Part shown: positions 8,905 through 21,352 of the stretch, piece after piece
Numbering within the stretch: position 1 is the first letter of the stretch
How the letters are laid out: every line of letters begins with the position of its first letter
From: Methanothermococcus sp. Ax23
Lineage (GTDB): Archaea; AGJL01; Methanococci; Methanococcales; Methanococcaceae
NCBI RefSeq assembly: GCF_049075655.1
Contig: NZ_CP157522.1
Span: 448,001-512,000 of the forward strand
DNA: 64,000 bases
Direction: 5' to 3'
Notes under the pieces: generated by a model
The model's input: only the letters and a program-made list of their open reading frames with translations
The model's database searches: none
Told to the model about the DNA's origin: nothing
Position numbers and translations under genes: made by a program

Positions 8905-10308
8905 TCATGGATTTTGGGAGTCAATATCATAATCATACCTAAATGTCCCCCTAACCTTTACAACATTTTCCTTTATCAATCCACAAAAGATTAATTTTTG
9001 GAGCTCCGATAAAAATTCCGATTCTGATATACCCATCTCCTTTGCAATTGCAAGAAGTTTTCCCCTACCTTTTATAACTCCTTCTTTTTGTATAATATCC
9101 AATATGATGCTCTTTTTATATTTTTTATTTATATATTCAAAAATCATTTCTTTTTTATTCTCTTTAAATTTAGAATTTCCACTTTTAAACTCTTTTAATT
9201 TGTTGTATTGTTCTGGTGGAACATATATTCTAACATCCCATGATTTCATATATGCCCATTTTAAATTTTTTGCAAGTGGTGAAATTTCATCCAACCTGTA
9301 TTTTTTATCATCAATTAAAACTGTAATATTATGCTCATTTATTTTTGGATAGCCAGGAATGTCTAAAAACACAGTAGTTCCCAATTTCTCAGAGAGTTCA
9401 TACTCTAAGTTTTTAATATCTTCTTCATCTAAATTTATCAACAACCACTTTTCTTCAGGGGTTAAATCATCATATCTAAATGTTAAAATATTTTTAAATA
9501 AATGCCTCCTATCAAGCATATTAATTAGTTTATTCCCCTCTCCCTCGGAATTTCTTAATGTGCCAACTAAATCTATATCATCCATCACCGAAAGGTCATT
9601 TAAATTAAACAATTTTTCATTTAATCCATAAATTGTAGCATTTTTTAACATTATTTCAGCTATTCTTGAAGTTGGATGCATATATACCGTAGGATACATC
9701 TGATACCTTGCAATTAATAATGATTCAACAGCAATTATTCCTTTCTCCAAAACTCCCAATTTTGGTCGTATATCTTCAAATAACACCATACATCGCATTA
9801 ACCTTGCATAATCGATTGAGCCATAAGCCACGCCAGTGTGATAACTATCCCTTAGCAGATAATCCATTCTATCTGCATCCACATCCCCACTAAGTAGAGC
9901 TCCCTCAAATCCCTTAGATTGTAGAACATCCAATATTTCATTTGAAGTATAATTTTCAAAATTCATTTTTTTAATCTTTTTTCTTGTAAAATATTCATGG
10001 TTATAACCGCATATTTCAAGAGTGTGTGAAAATGGAGGGTGTCCTATATCGTGAAGCAACGCCGCAATCCTTATTAATCCTGCCTCCACATCTTCTAAAT
10101 TCTTAGAAATTTCTCCCGCAACATGCATTGTTCCTATGGAATGTTCAAATCTCGTATGATTTGCACTTGGATAGACCATGCATGTTAATCCAGTTTGTTT
10201 TATATTCCTCAGCCTTTGAAACTCTGGTGTGTCCATTGTGGCTATTTCATCACTACTGAGAGATATATCTGCATATATCGGATCCCTTATAATTTTTGTT
10301 TCGCTCAT
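8905..10308 (-). CDS. HD-superfamily phosphohydrolase (dNTP triphosphohydrolase-like) with C-terminal extension
   Basis: IRDP, FQRLRNIKQ, HTRFEHSIG, ALLHDIGHPPFSH, DADRMDYLLRD motifs. Confidence 0.92.
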   Translation of the reverse strand: MSETKIIRDPIYADISLSSDEIATMDTPEFQRLRNIKQTGLTCMVYPSANHTRFEHSIGTMHVAGEISKNLEDVEAGLIRIAALLHDIGHPPFSHTLEICGYNHEYFTRKKIKKMNFENYTSNEILDVLQSKGFEGALLSGDVDADRMDYLLRDSYHTGVAYGSIDYARLMRCMVLFEDIRPKLGVLEKGIIAVESLLIARYQMYPTVYMHPTSRIAEIMLKNATIYGLNEKLFNLNDLSVMDDIDLVGTLRNSEGEGNKLINMLDRRHLFKNILTFRYDDLTPEEKWLLINLDEEDIKNLEYELSEKLGTTVFLDIPGYPKINEHNITVLIDDKKYRLDEISPLAKNLKWAYMKSWDVRIYVPPEQYNKLKEFKSGNSKFKENKKEMIFEYINKKYKKSIILDIIQKEGVIKGRGKLLAIAKEMGISESEFLSELQKLIFCGLIKENVVKVRGTFRYDYDIDSQNP

Positions 10309-10473
10309 AAAAAATAGTTTGATATACTAATATATAAATTTTTATACTATTTATTCATCTAATTAAACATATAAATTAATTGTAAAACTATAAATGAATG
10401 GTCTAAGAAAATAATAAAAAATAAAAATTAAAAAAAGAATAAATAATTATTAATTAATTTATGTTGATGTTAT

Positions 10474-12702
<2,229 letters not shown>

Positions 12703-12801
12703 TTAATAATTAATCAATATTTAGATAATATTTCTTTATTTGATATAATATATTAATAAATATTATTTTTTTAGATTTATTAATTAATAGTAATATGCCT
12801 T

Positions 12802-12825
12802 TGAACTTCTATATAAAGTTTTCGG
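12802..12825 (-). promoter_or_regulatory. cdc48 promoter (BRE-TATA) with downstream GAAGTTCA element shared with the thermosome promoter
   Basis: Minus strand CCGAAAACTTTATATAGAAGTTCA; 16 nt identical to 42495-42510. Confidence 0.65.
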
Positions 12826-12859
12826 TTTTGTGCAACTAAATACACAACCATATAAAATA

Positions 12860-13216
12860 TTAATCCCCTTGAACATCCATCATATGGAACCTATAATATC
12901 TTGTGAATCCACAATTTCTACATCTTACATACATGCCAGAATCCGTAATTAATATATCCTGAGGAGCATATTTTTCACAATTATAACATTTTGCATTTTT
13001 CTCTAAAACCCAATTATCGTATTTTCCTTTTTTATTTTTTTCAAGTTCTACAATATTATCCTCTTCCACTCCCACTTTTTTTAAAATATAATATCTCGTA
13101 GCTCCACAGTTGGAACACTTCACAAATGCCTGATTGGGGTATATTTCAATTATCTGGTCAACGACCTCCCCACAATTATAACATTTTGTGCTATACTTTA
13201 AACACCATTTATCCAT
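12860..13216 (-). CDS. Double zinc-ribbon protein
   Basis: Two internal repeats CYNC...CxNCGxTRYY; GGAGGGGA RBS. Confidence 0.85.
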   Translation of the reverse strand: MDKWCLKYSTKCYNCGEVVDQIIEIYPNQAFVKCSNCGATRYYILKKVGVEEDNIVELEKNKKGKYDNWVLEKNAKCYNCEKYAPQDILITDSGMYVRCRNCGFTRYYRFHMMDVQGD

Positions 13217-13352
13217 ATTTCCCCTCCTAACATATCATTGTTCATCTCATTACCTTACTACTATATTTTATTACCATAATATATTTGTCTTGTTTAAATA
13301 TAATAGTTAGTATTGAAACTAAATTTTACAGGTTTTTCTCACGATTATTATT

Positions 13353-13964
13353 TTATGACTTAATTTTTGATTTTAGGACGTTTAAATTTTCCAGAACTAT
13401 CTTATTGACTTCTTCATATATGCTCTTTCCATTTGCATCCATTGCAACCATCAATGGTCCAAAATCCTTAACTTCGAGCTCCCATATTGCCTCGGGCATT
13501 CCGAGCTCAGGGTGATGAACATTTTTTACTTCAACTATGGAATTTGCAAGTAATGCCGCACACCCGCCAGGTGCTGCAAGATAAACTACGCCATGTTCTT
13601 TAAAAATATCTAACAACTCTGTTTTCATCCCTCCCTTCCCTACTATTGCTGATATTCCGGTTATTTTAATGAATTCTGCTTCTACCTCGTTCATCCTTGC
13701 CGATGTTGTCGGACCTATTGCCACGCATTTCCATTTATTATTTTCTTTTTTCATAATAGGTCCTGCATGATATATTACCCCATTTTTCAATTTTTTTACG
13801 ATATTATCGTCATCATTATTCTCCTCAGCATTCTGCATGTTTTCCTCTATGATGGTTATATGTGCTTCATCCCTGCCAGTATATACCGTCCCATTTAAAT
13901 AAACTATATCTCCGACCTTTAATTTCTTTATAGTATTCTTTGAAATAGGGGTTTCCAATCTCAA
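13353..13964 (-). CDS. Fe-S hydro-lyase beta subunit (fumarate hydratase class I / tartrate dehydratase family)
   Basis: LKVGDIVYLNG.VYTGRDEAH, HAGP, GPTTSARM, GKGGM, LGMPEAIW motifs; TTG start. Confidence 0.92.
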   Translation of the reverse strand: MRLETPISKNTIKKLKVGDIVYLNGTVYTGRDEAHITIIEENMQNAEENNDDDNIVKKLKNGVIYHAGPIMKKENNKWKCVAIGPTTSARMNEVEAEFIKITGISAIVGKGGMKTELLDIFKEHGVVYLAAPGGCAALLANSIVEVKNVHHPELGMPEAIWELEVKDFGPLMVAMDANGKSIYEEVNKIVLENLNVLKSKIKS

Positions 13965-14028
13965 AATATCACCATGCTGTTCTATATATTAATATTATAT
14001 TCCAATAGTATAAATATTTCTTTTTAAG

Positions 14029-14565
14029 TTATATAAATTTGAGTATAATCAAATTTATTAGGAAACCAAAAAATGTCCCAAGAGCTACTTGCAAAACTGT
14101 ATGTTTTTTTAGATATAAACGGGACCATATTGTCAATATCAAAAATACTGTATAGCATGTTATTAAGAATAACAATAAGTAAAAATTAGCATCAGTATAT
14201 TTTAATAAATATACCAATAGCATTATTAATGTGGATAATCCATAACAATGCATACTAATTTTCCAAAATGAAGTGATTACTAAAATAAAAACAACATTTA
14301 TCAAAAATACCTTGGAGTAGAAATCATTGATAATATAACCTATAATAACTCCATAAATTGCCAATAGGACTAATGGAATTATCCGATGATTCCTATCTTC
14401 AATATCCCACTTTTGACCACTTAATTTTGCAGATGATAACCATATTACACAGGGAATAACTGCCAACATTATTAATTCAAATACATTGTTTATAGTGGCT
14501 ACCAATGTAATTACCAACAAAAATGGAAACATATAAGATATGAATTCTGCAAATTTCGATTTCAT
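14029..14565 (-). CDS. PAP2-like membrane protein
   Basis: Multi-TM; KISMH and SRLYLKKHT..QV motifs. Confidence 0.75.
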   Translation of the reverse strand: MKSKFAEFISYMFPFLLVITLVATINNVFELIMLAVIPCVIWLSSAKLSGQKWDIEDRNHRIIPLVLLAIYGVIIGYIINDFYSKVFLINVVFILVITSFWKISMHCYGLSTLIMLLVYLLKYTDANFYLLLFLITCYTVFLILTIWSRLYLKKHTVLQVALGTFFGFLINLIILKFI

Positions 14566-14625
14566 AATATCCCATTGATAAAATTAACATAACTCATAAA
14601 TGATAATATTAATGATAATTAATGA

Positions 14626-14674
14626 AATCGCTTACAGTGTAAGCGAGCATTGAAATTGCGAAGCATTTGTCTAA
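14626..14674 (-). repeat. Double-hairpin mini-element, family A
   Basis: Minus strand TTAGACAAATGC-TTC-GCAATTTCAATGC-TCGCTTAC-ACT-GTAAGCGA-TT; homologous to 27886, 30407, 39307. Confidence 0.8.
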
Positions 14675-14726
14675 TAATATAGTATATTTGAACTATTGTA
14701 TATATAAATTATAATATGGAGATATC

Positions 14727-15701
14727 ATGATAACGCGACCAAGAAGATTAAGGGCAAATCAGAAAATAAGGGACCTAGTTAGAGAAACCACCTTAACGAA
14801 AAATGATTTAATAATGCCACTATTTATTGATGAAAACCTAAATGCAGGAGATAAAAAAGAAATTCCTTCAATGCCAAATCAATATAGATTTAGTATAGAT
14901 GGAGTTGTTGAAGAGTGTAAGGAGATGGCAGATTTAGGCATTCCTGCGGTAATACTTTTTGGAATTCCAAAATATAAAGATGAAGTTGCCTCTTCCGCAT
15001 ACGATAAAAATGGAGTAATTCAAACATCCATAAGAAAGATAAAGGATGAGCTCGGAGATGAGCTCCTTGTTATAGCGGATACCTGTTTGTGTGAATACAC
15101 ATCCCATGGACATTGTGGGATAATTGAAAATAATAAGGTTTTGAATGACGAAACCCTTGAAATACTTTCAAAAATAGCTCTATCCTATGCTGAAAGCGGA
15201 GTTGATATTGTTGCCCCCTCAGATATGATGGATGGAAGAGTTGGAAAAATAAGGGAAATCCTGGAAGAAAATAATTATAAGGATGTAGCAATTATGAGCT
15301 ACGCCGCAAAATATGCATCCTCATTTTACGGACCATTTAGGGATGCTGCAGAGAGCTCTCCAAAATCATCCATAAAAGATAGAAAAACATATCAGATGGA
15401 TTATGGAAATTCAAGGGAAGCCCTGAGAGAAATTGAATTAGACATAAAAGAAGGGGCAGATATGATACTCGTTAAACCTGCACTTCCATATTTGGATATT
15501 TTAAAAATGGCTAAGGAGAACTTCAACATACCAATTGGTGGATACTGCGTAAGTGGGGAATATTCTATGATTGAAGCTGCTGCTCAAAAGGGATGGTTAA
15601 ATAGAAAGGAAGCAATTATGGAAACTCTATTGAGTATAAAAAGGGCAGGAGCAGATTTTATAATTACATATTGGGCAAAAGAAGTTGCGGAATATCTTTA
15701 A
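14727..15701 (+). CDS. hemB: Porphobilinogen synthase (ALA dehydratase)
   Basis: [49 protein letters not shown]. Confidence 0.98.
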   Translation: MITRPRRLRANQKIRDLVRETTLTKNDLIMPLFIDENLNAGDKKEIPSMPNQYRFSIDGVVEECKEMADLGIPAVILFGIPKYKDEVASSAYDKNGVIQTSIRKIKDELGDELLVIADTCLCEYTSHGHCGIIENNKVLNDETLEILSKIALSYAESGVDIVAPSDMMDGRVGKIREILEENNYKDVAIMSYAAKYASSFYGPFRDAAESSPKSSIKDRKTYQMDYGNSREALREIELDIKEGADMILVKPALPYLDILKMAKENFNIPIGGYCVSGEYSMIEAAAQKGWLNRKEAIMETLLSIKRAGADFIITYWAKEVAEYL

Positions 15702-15843
15702 TATATCTTAAATACATTAAGCAATCATCTAAAAATTTATATACTATGTATTATAATTAATTATAGAACTTCATTGAGCGAAAACTTTTTTCGTTGAAAA
15801 ATTACAACAAAGAAAAGTGTAAAAAAACATTTAAATAGGTGAT

Positions 15844-16242
15844 ATGATGCCAGGAACAAAACCAGTAGAATTAGGTTCATTAAAAGAAGGACAGTACATT
15901 ATGATAGATGATGTGCCATGTAAAATCGTAAATATTACAAAATCAAAACCTGGAAAACACGGTGGAGCTAAGGCAAGAATTACTGCAATAGGTATTTTCG
16001 AACCAGTTAAAAAAGAAATCGTAGGACCTACCTCTTCAAGAGCTGATGTTCCAATCATTGACAAGAGAAAAGGACAGGTTTTAGCAATTATGGGAGACCA
16101 AGTTCAAATTATGGATATGGAAACCTATGAAACCTTAGAAATCCCAATGCCTGATGATGTAGAAGGATTAGACAGCGGTGTTGAAGTAGAATACTTCGAA
16201 GCTGTTGGAAGATACAAAATTACAAGAGTTATAAGCAAATAA
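15844..16242 (+). CDS. eif5a: Translation factor aIF-5A
   Basis: Hypusination motif SKPGKHGGAK. Confidence 0.97.
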   Translation: MMPGTKPVELGSLKEGQYIMIDDVPCKIVNITKSKPGKHGGAKARITAIGIFEPVKKEIVGPTSSRADVPIIDKRKGQVLAIMGDQVQIMDMETYETLEIPMPDDVEGLDSGVEVEYFEAVGRYKITRVISK

Positions 16243-16300
16243 TTTAATTTTAATTTATATTACTTTTTTTATTAATGATATTCACTCTTGGAGCATGTCA

Positions 16301-17236
16301 TCAGAACATTAAATAATAAACTACCAAATAAATAACTAAAAACACAAATACGACTATATCAATAGCTTTTAAAGAATTATATGCTTTATCAATATCTATT
16401 TTACCGCAACCAAGTTTGTAGCATCCTATTTTTTCAAGAGTCATATTTAATCCATTGGAAAGGGTAGCCATGGTGTATCCAGAGTTTGGAGATGGTGTTT
16501 TATACCCTTCCTTTAAAAATCCATATAGTGCTTTTTTTGCACTTCCTCCATAAAGTGGTGCAGAAATAATTAATAAAATTCCAGCAATACGGGATGGAAT
16601 AAAATTAAGCAAATCATCCAAACGAGCCGCAAACTTTCCATAATATTCGTATTTTTCATTCCTATATCCAAGCATGGCATCCATCGTATTTACAGCTCGG
16701 TATATAAATGCACCGGGAAGACCAAATAAAGCTGCATAAAATAGTGGAGCTATAATGCTATCGGTAATATTTTCTGATGCACTTTCAATTGACGCCGATA
16801 AAATGTGCTCTTCATCCAATTTTGACGCGTCCCTACTTACAATACATTGAACAGATTTTCTCGCATTCTCCAAATCATTATTTTTTAAATAGTCTATTGG
16901 TTTTTTTGAAAAACTTAAAAGAGATTTATAGCCAATTGCCGTTGAAAGAATAAATGAATATGCAATATATTTTACAATAGCATAATTATTGGGTATTTTA
17001 TTGATAGCAGTTTCAATGGAGTAAGATGCTATAAAAACAACAATTACAACAGATAATACAGTTAAAACTCCAAAAACAAAATCTCTAATCTTATTTTTTG
17101 AATATGTTGATTTAAATAATTTTTCAAAAAAATAAATGAGATTTCCAATCCACACAACAGGATGAATTTTTTCCGGGAGCTCCCCCAATATCCTGTCAAA
17201 TAAAATAGATATAATTAATATAATTGGATTAATCAT
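16301..17236 (-). CDS. cbiB: Adenosylcobinamide-phosphate synthase CbiB (CobD)
   Basis: HPVVWIG, IVSRD, ESASEN..DSIIAPLFY, YRAVNTMDAMLGY, AARLDD, SPNSG. Confidence 0.95.
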   Translation of the reverse strand: MINPIILIISILFDRILGELPEKIHPVVWIGNLIYFFEKLFKSTYSKNKIRDFVFGVLTVLSVVIVVFIASYSIETAINKIPNNYAIVKYIAYSFILSTAIGYKSLLSFSKKPIDYLKNNDLENARKSVQCIVSRDASKLDEEHILSASIESASENITDSIIAPLFYAALFGLPGAFIYRAVNTMDAMLGYRNEKYEYYGKFAARLDDLLNFIPSRIAGILLIISAPLYGGSAKKALYGFLKEGYKTPSPNSGYTMATLSNGLNMTLEKIGCYKLGCGKIDIDKAYNSLKAIDIVVFVFLVIYLVVYYLMF

Positions 17237-17272
17237 AATCTCACAAATTTTTATTAATTTTTAAATTTTAAA

Positions 17273-18718
17273 TTACAGTTTTCCAAGGGCATCAAGGAAT
17301 TTTTTTGTCCTATCTTTTTTGATTTTGTTGTATTTTTCCAGCTTTTTAATATCTATGCCTTTATTTTCCAAAACTGATTTTAAATCATCGATTGGAGCCA
17401 TGCTTTTTAAAACCTCTTCAACATCCTCTTTATTATAGTCAAACTGTTGAACAATTTCCCAATCATGAATCAAATACAATGCTGCTCCACCAATGTTTTT
17501 TAATGGTATATTGTATTTTGGGAGCTCCCTTTCAAGTAAAAATTTTAAATCAAGGACATCCAACGCATTTATTCCCTCAACTATCATCCATTTTAAATTA
17601 ACCTTTGAAGGAGTAATAAGTATGGATGGGAACATGTTTGACCGAGCTCTTTCATCAGGGGAGTTATATAAATAATATTTAAATAAATCCTGTGAGAAAT
17701 ATTTTATCGGAATTTTGAAACACAGTTCTTCTGAAATTGTTTTCTCCACATCAAGAGATACCCTAAGTTCCTCTATTGGCCTTCCGTGCTTATAAAGTCC
17801 CAATTTTTCCATTTCTTCTTTCATCTTTAACTTCTTTATTTTTAACTCATCCAAGACTCTAACATCAATTGCTCCTCCTTCAACCTCATCTCCTTCAAAA
17901 TCCACCATGATATTTTTATATTTATCAATTAAATCCCTCTGATGAGAAGATAGTAGTTTTTTTAATTTTTTCTCTATCTCTGCCTCTATTTCATCCTTGT
18001 ATGTCATAAGATAAACTAGTGCCAGAGTTTTTTTTACATAACTATCATTCAATAATTTATTTTTTGAATAATTTTTTTTCAAGGAAGTTATCAATGCATC
18101 GCCATAATTTTTTCTAATATATCCTTCATAGTCCTCATCTTCTATCTTTACCCGTTTAAACTTCCTTTTTCCATTTTCCATTACGATTAATGTCATTGTT
18201 ATAGAGCTTAAAACTCCCTTACCTTCGGATTCAAACATATTTAAAAGTTTTTTATAGGTATTAATAAAAAGGGGCGGCATATTCAATAGTAATTCCTTAT
18301 GAGAGCCATCATAAGGTAAAAAATATATTATCTTTTTATTTCCCGCAGACTCTTGTAAATGTCCCAATGCTATTTTATGAGATATTATGGCATATTTTAC
18401 TCTTTCCAATGCTCCTTTTTTCTCATCAACCATCCTTCTAAGGTAGGACGAATATGTTTTTATTTCATAAATATCACTTTCATCACTGCCTTTTAATTTT
18501 CCCACGCCAATAAATGGAGTATCAAACCCTTGCAACTCCATTTTTTCCTTTAAATCTTCTAAAATCTCTAAATTTTTGTTTAATTTTATTACCAGTTCCT
18601 TATATGTGGTATTGTCTAAGTATAAATTTTTTAAAAATTTTAAGTGCATTTCCTCTCTAAATTTTAACAATTCATCCAAAAATTCGTTGCATCTTTTTAT
18701 TAAAACACTGCTATCCAT
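17273..18718 (-). CDS. Conserved archaeal hypothetical protein (DUF530-like)
   Basis: 481-aa ORF; LERVKYAI..HKIALGH and LPYDGS segments recalled from the family. Confidence 0.7.
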   Translation of the reverse strand: MDSSVLIKRCNEFLDELLKFREEMHLKFLKNLYLDNTTYKELVIKLNKNLEILEDLKEKMELQGFDTPFIGVGKLKGSDESDIYEIKTYSSYLRRMVDEKKGALERVKYAIISHKIALGHLQESAGNKKIIYFLPYDGSHKELLLNMPPLFINTYKKLLNMFESEGKGVLSSITMTLIVMENGKRKFKRVKIEDEDYEGYIRKNYGDALITSLKKNYSKNKLLNDSYVKKTLALVYLMTYKDEIEAEIEKKLKKLLSSHQRDLIDKYKNIMVDFEGDEVEGGAIDVRVLDELKIKKLKMKEEMEKLGLYKHGRPIEELRVSLDVEKTISEELCFKIPIKYFSQDLFKYYLYNSPDERARSNMFPSILITPSKVNLKWMIVEGINALDVLDLKFLLERELPKYNIPLKNIGGAALYLIHDWEIVQQFDYNKEDVEEVLKSMAPIDDLKSVLENKGIDIKKLEKYNKIKKDRTKKFLDALGKL

Positions 18719-18837
18719 ACTTTCACATGCATGTTAAAAATACCGGATAAATATAAATCGTTAGTAAAATGTTTAGAAACGGAGCTCCCATAGGGAAGCT
18801 GTGTAATGTATATAGTATATAAAAAATATAAATATAT

Positions 18838-18999
18838 TTATTTATTTCCAACTGATTTTTTTAACATCCTTCTATATTTCCCATATTTATCCTCTATTGA
18901 GTACCTAGGGGGCTTAACTGTTATGGTTTTTTCGTTGCATTCATTGCAAAAATCCTTTAATGTGTATTTTCCACATTTTGGACATTTTCTCATACGCAA
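18838..18999 (-). CDS. nop10: H/ACA RNP protein Nop10 (not in the ORF track)
   Basis: Translates (M)RMRKCPKCGKYTLKDFCNECNEKTITVKPPRYSIEDKYGKYRRMLKKSVGNK; TTG start after AGGCGA; canonical position after aIF-2 alpha. Confidence 0.93.
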   Translation of the reverse strand: MRMRKCPKCGKYTLKDFCNECNEKTITVKPPRYSIEDKYGKYRRMLKKSVGNK

Positions 19000-19032
19000 A
19001 ATATCGCCTTTTTATTATTTATTAATTATTAA

Positions 19033-19824
19033 TTAACTGCTTTCCCTAACGAAACTACCTTCTCCACCTTTATATTTTTTAATGTAATCTATGGCAGCAT
19101 TTGCAACAGTTTTCAATACCTCCTCACCACTCTTATAATCGGGGGAGAGAATTTCTATTCTATATTTCGGAGCTCCGATATATTTAATATCTACCTTAAC
19201 ATCCTCATAAGGATTAGACTTTAAAGCCTTTTTAAGTGCATTCTTAATTACTTTAATGCCATCAGGTTCTGCGGTCGTCAAAGTTAAAATACCATCTACC
19301 TTAACATTTGTTAGCTCAATATTTTCCTTTGCTACTTCATATAATGCATTCGCCCACTCTTCTGAAATTCCAAGTTCTTCTAAAACTTCTTTTCCCTCTA
19401 TGATGATATATTCTAGTGCCTCGTAAAGTTCCCCAAATTCTTCTTCCAATGCATATCCTACTTCTTCCCATGATTCTTCAAGGGATTTTCCAAGTTTCGC
19501 ACCTGCAAATTCAAGTAATTTTTCAGCCCTTTGGAGCCTCTTCCATTCTTGAATTTTCGCCTTTTTTTGCTGGTCGGTAACTCTTTTTAATGAAAGGTCT
19601 ATCTGTCCTTTTCTTTTATTTACTCTCATTACCTTTGCCACAACTCGCTGACCTTTTTTAACAAAATCCCTTATACTCTTAACCCATCCGGAAGATACCT
19701 CCGAGATATGCACCATTCCCTCTTTTTTAGGATAATCTAATAACTCTACAAACGCACCAAATGGTTTGACATCAATAACTGTGCCTATGACAATTTCCCC
19801 TTCGTCTGGAAAATCTTTTCTCAT
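19033..19824 (-). CDS. eif2a: Translation initiation factor aIF-2 alpha
   Basis: S1 domain (FPDEGEIVIGTV, EGMVHISEVSSGW), IDLSLKRV, YIGAPKYRI. Confidence 0.97.
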   Translation of the reverse strand: MRKDFPDEGEIVIGTVIDVKPFGAFVELLDYPKKEGMVHISEVSSGWVKSIRDFVKKGQRVVAKVMRVNKRKGQIDLSLKRVTDQQKKAKIQEWKRLQRAEKLLEFAGAKLGKSLEESWEEVGYALEEEFGELYEALEYIIIEGKEVLEELGISEEWANALYEVAKENIELTNVKVDGILTLTTAEPDGIKVIKNALKKALKSNPYEDVKVDIKYIGAPKYRIEILSPDYKSGEEVLKTVANAAIDYIKKYKGGEGSFVRESS

Positions 19825-20037
19825 AATTTCACCTGTAATAATTTTTTATAAATATAATATTTATATGTTATATATATAATGCATATATCAATTTTAAAAA
19901 ATTTATATATCAGTGTGTTATTTAAGAAGTTTAAAGTTAATCGGAGCTCGGAATAATATCGCATTACTATATATTTAAAAAAGAATATTCACCTGTTAAG
20001 TGGAAAAAATAAAATTTTTATTTATTTTATTATTTAA

Positions 20038-20892
20038 TTATTCAATCAATAACGAACCATATCCAACTACTGAGGAATAATCTCCTGTAATGTCTCCTGA
20101 TGTAGAATAAGATAGCAGCCTTGAATTTTTGGCACCCAACTCTTTCATTGCCTTAATCATGGCAATAACAGGACCATATCCGCACATTGTAATATTATTG
20201 TTAATTACATCAGCATATAACTCTTTTTCGTTCATATTTAATATGTCTTTTATCACTATTGCATCTTTTTTTGAAGCTACTTCTTGTGGTTCATAATGAG
20301 TAAAATCACTTGATGCTATAACAATTACTTTTTTATCCAACTCTTTTGATATTTTTGCTATGAAGTATCCAATTTCTACGGCAGTTTCATAATCTTGCAT
20401 CATCATACAAATAGGAACAATCCTAAACTTTACGGCATTTAAAAGTTCAAGATGCTGTAAGAATGGAATCTGAACTTCTATGGAGTGCTCCCTAAGGTGA
20501 GAAGTTTCATCTAAATCAATTACATCACACTCTTTCCAAAGCATGTCAATAAATTCATCATCTGTGTGCATATCACCCAACGGAGCTCTCCATATGCCCT
20601 TCATTGTAGAAACTCCTGAACCCAATCCAGTATGATTTGGACCGAGAACTACCGCAGTTATACTATCATCTATTTTTCTTGAAATGGCATTGTAAGAATG
20701 CGCTGCAACTGGTCCAGAATATAAATACCCTGCATGAGGACAGACTACTCCAATAGGCTTTTTAAATACGCCTTTTGAGGGAATAGTCCCAGGACCTAAT
20801 TTATGCAAATAACAATATTCTATCATTTCAACTAAATTATTTGGTTCTGCGGGATAGAATGCACCTGCAACAGCTGGATTTCTTATTATCAT
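20038..20892 (-). CDS. MEMO1 family protein (AmmeMemoRadiSam protein B-like)
   Basis: [51 protein letters not shown]. Confidence 0.94.
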   Translation of the reverse strand: MIIRNPAVAGAFYPAEPNNLVEMIEYCYLHKLGPGTIPSKGVFKKPIGVVCPHAGYLYSGPVAAHSYNAISRKIDDSITAVVLGPNHTGLGSGVSTMKGIWRAPLGDMHTDDEFIDMLWKECDVIDLDETSHLREHSIEVQIPFLQHLELLNAVKFRIVPICMMMQDYETAVEIGYFIAKISKELDKKVIVIASSDFTHYEPQEVASKKDAIVIKDILNMNEKELYADVINNNITMCGYGPVIAMIKAMKELGAKNSRLLSYSTSGDITGDYSSVVGYGSLLIE

Positions 20893-21084
20893 AATGACAC
20901 CCCCTTTATAAAAAATCTAAGTTGGTATTATATTGTTATTGAATCATTATTATATGAATATTGTTTTAATCATTATTTATCTTTTGCCGTTTAAAACTGT
21001 TTAGTTTTTTGTGAGTATTTGAGTGTATGGGAGCATTTAGTTTTCGAAATGTTTATATGGTGTTTTCATGCATAGTTTATAGTG

Positions 21085-21310
21085 TCAATCTAATCAACCC
21101 CAAGACTTTCCTAAACCTCTTTTAAACATGTTAAAACATCCAACAAATTGCCGAATTGATGGGTGGAGCTGGGGTCCCCATGACAGGGGAGGAGACTGAT
21201 GACATGCTCCCAATGAACCCAGAGGGAGATGAAGTTGATGACGCCCAAGTCCAATGTGAGCATTTACTAACCAACGCTCACATTGGACAGACCCCCTGAG
21301 TAAGTCCAAC
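21085..21310 (+). ncRNA. Putative structured small RNA with several K-turn/K-loop-like motifs
   Basis: GC-rich intergenic island; TATA TTTATAT at 21052-21058; GGGGTC/GACCCC pairing; perfect 13-bp stem GTCCAATGTGAGC/GCTCACATTGGAC; TGATGA twice, ATGA, CTGA; ends and strand uncertain. Confidence 0.6.
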
Positions 21311-21352
21311 TATAAAAATACCAATATACTAGAAATTTTAAAATTCATTTAA

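Noticed and set aside
18806-19036. 76-aa plus-strand ORF
   Set aside because: The real gene here is nop10 on the minus strand
21094-21309. 71-aa minus-strand ORF
   Set aside because: Composition unlike this genome's proteins; coincides with a GC-rich structured RNA candidate
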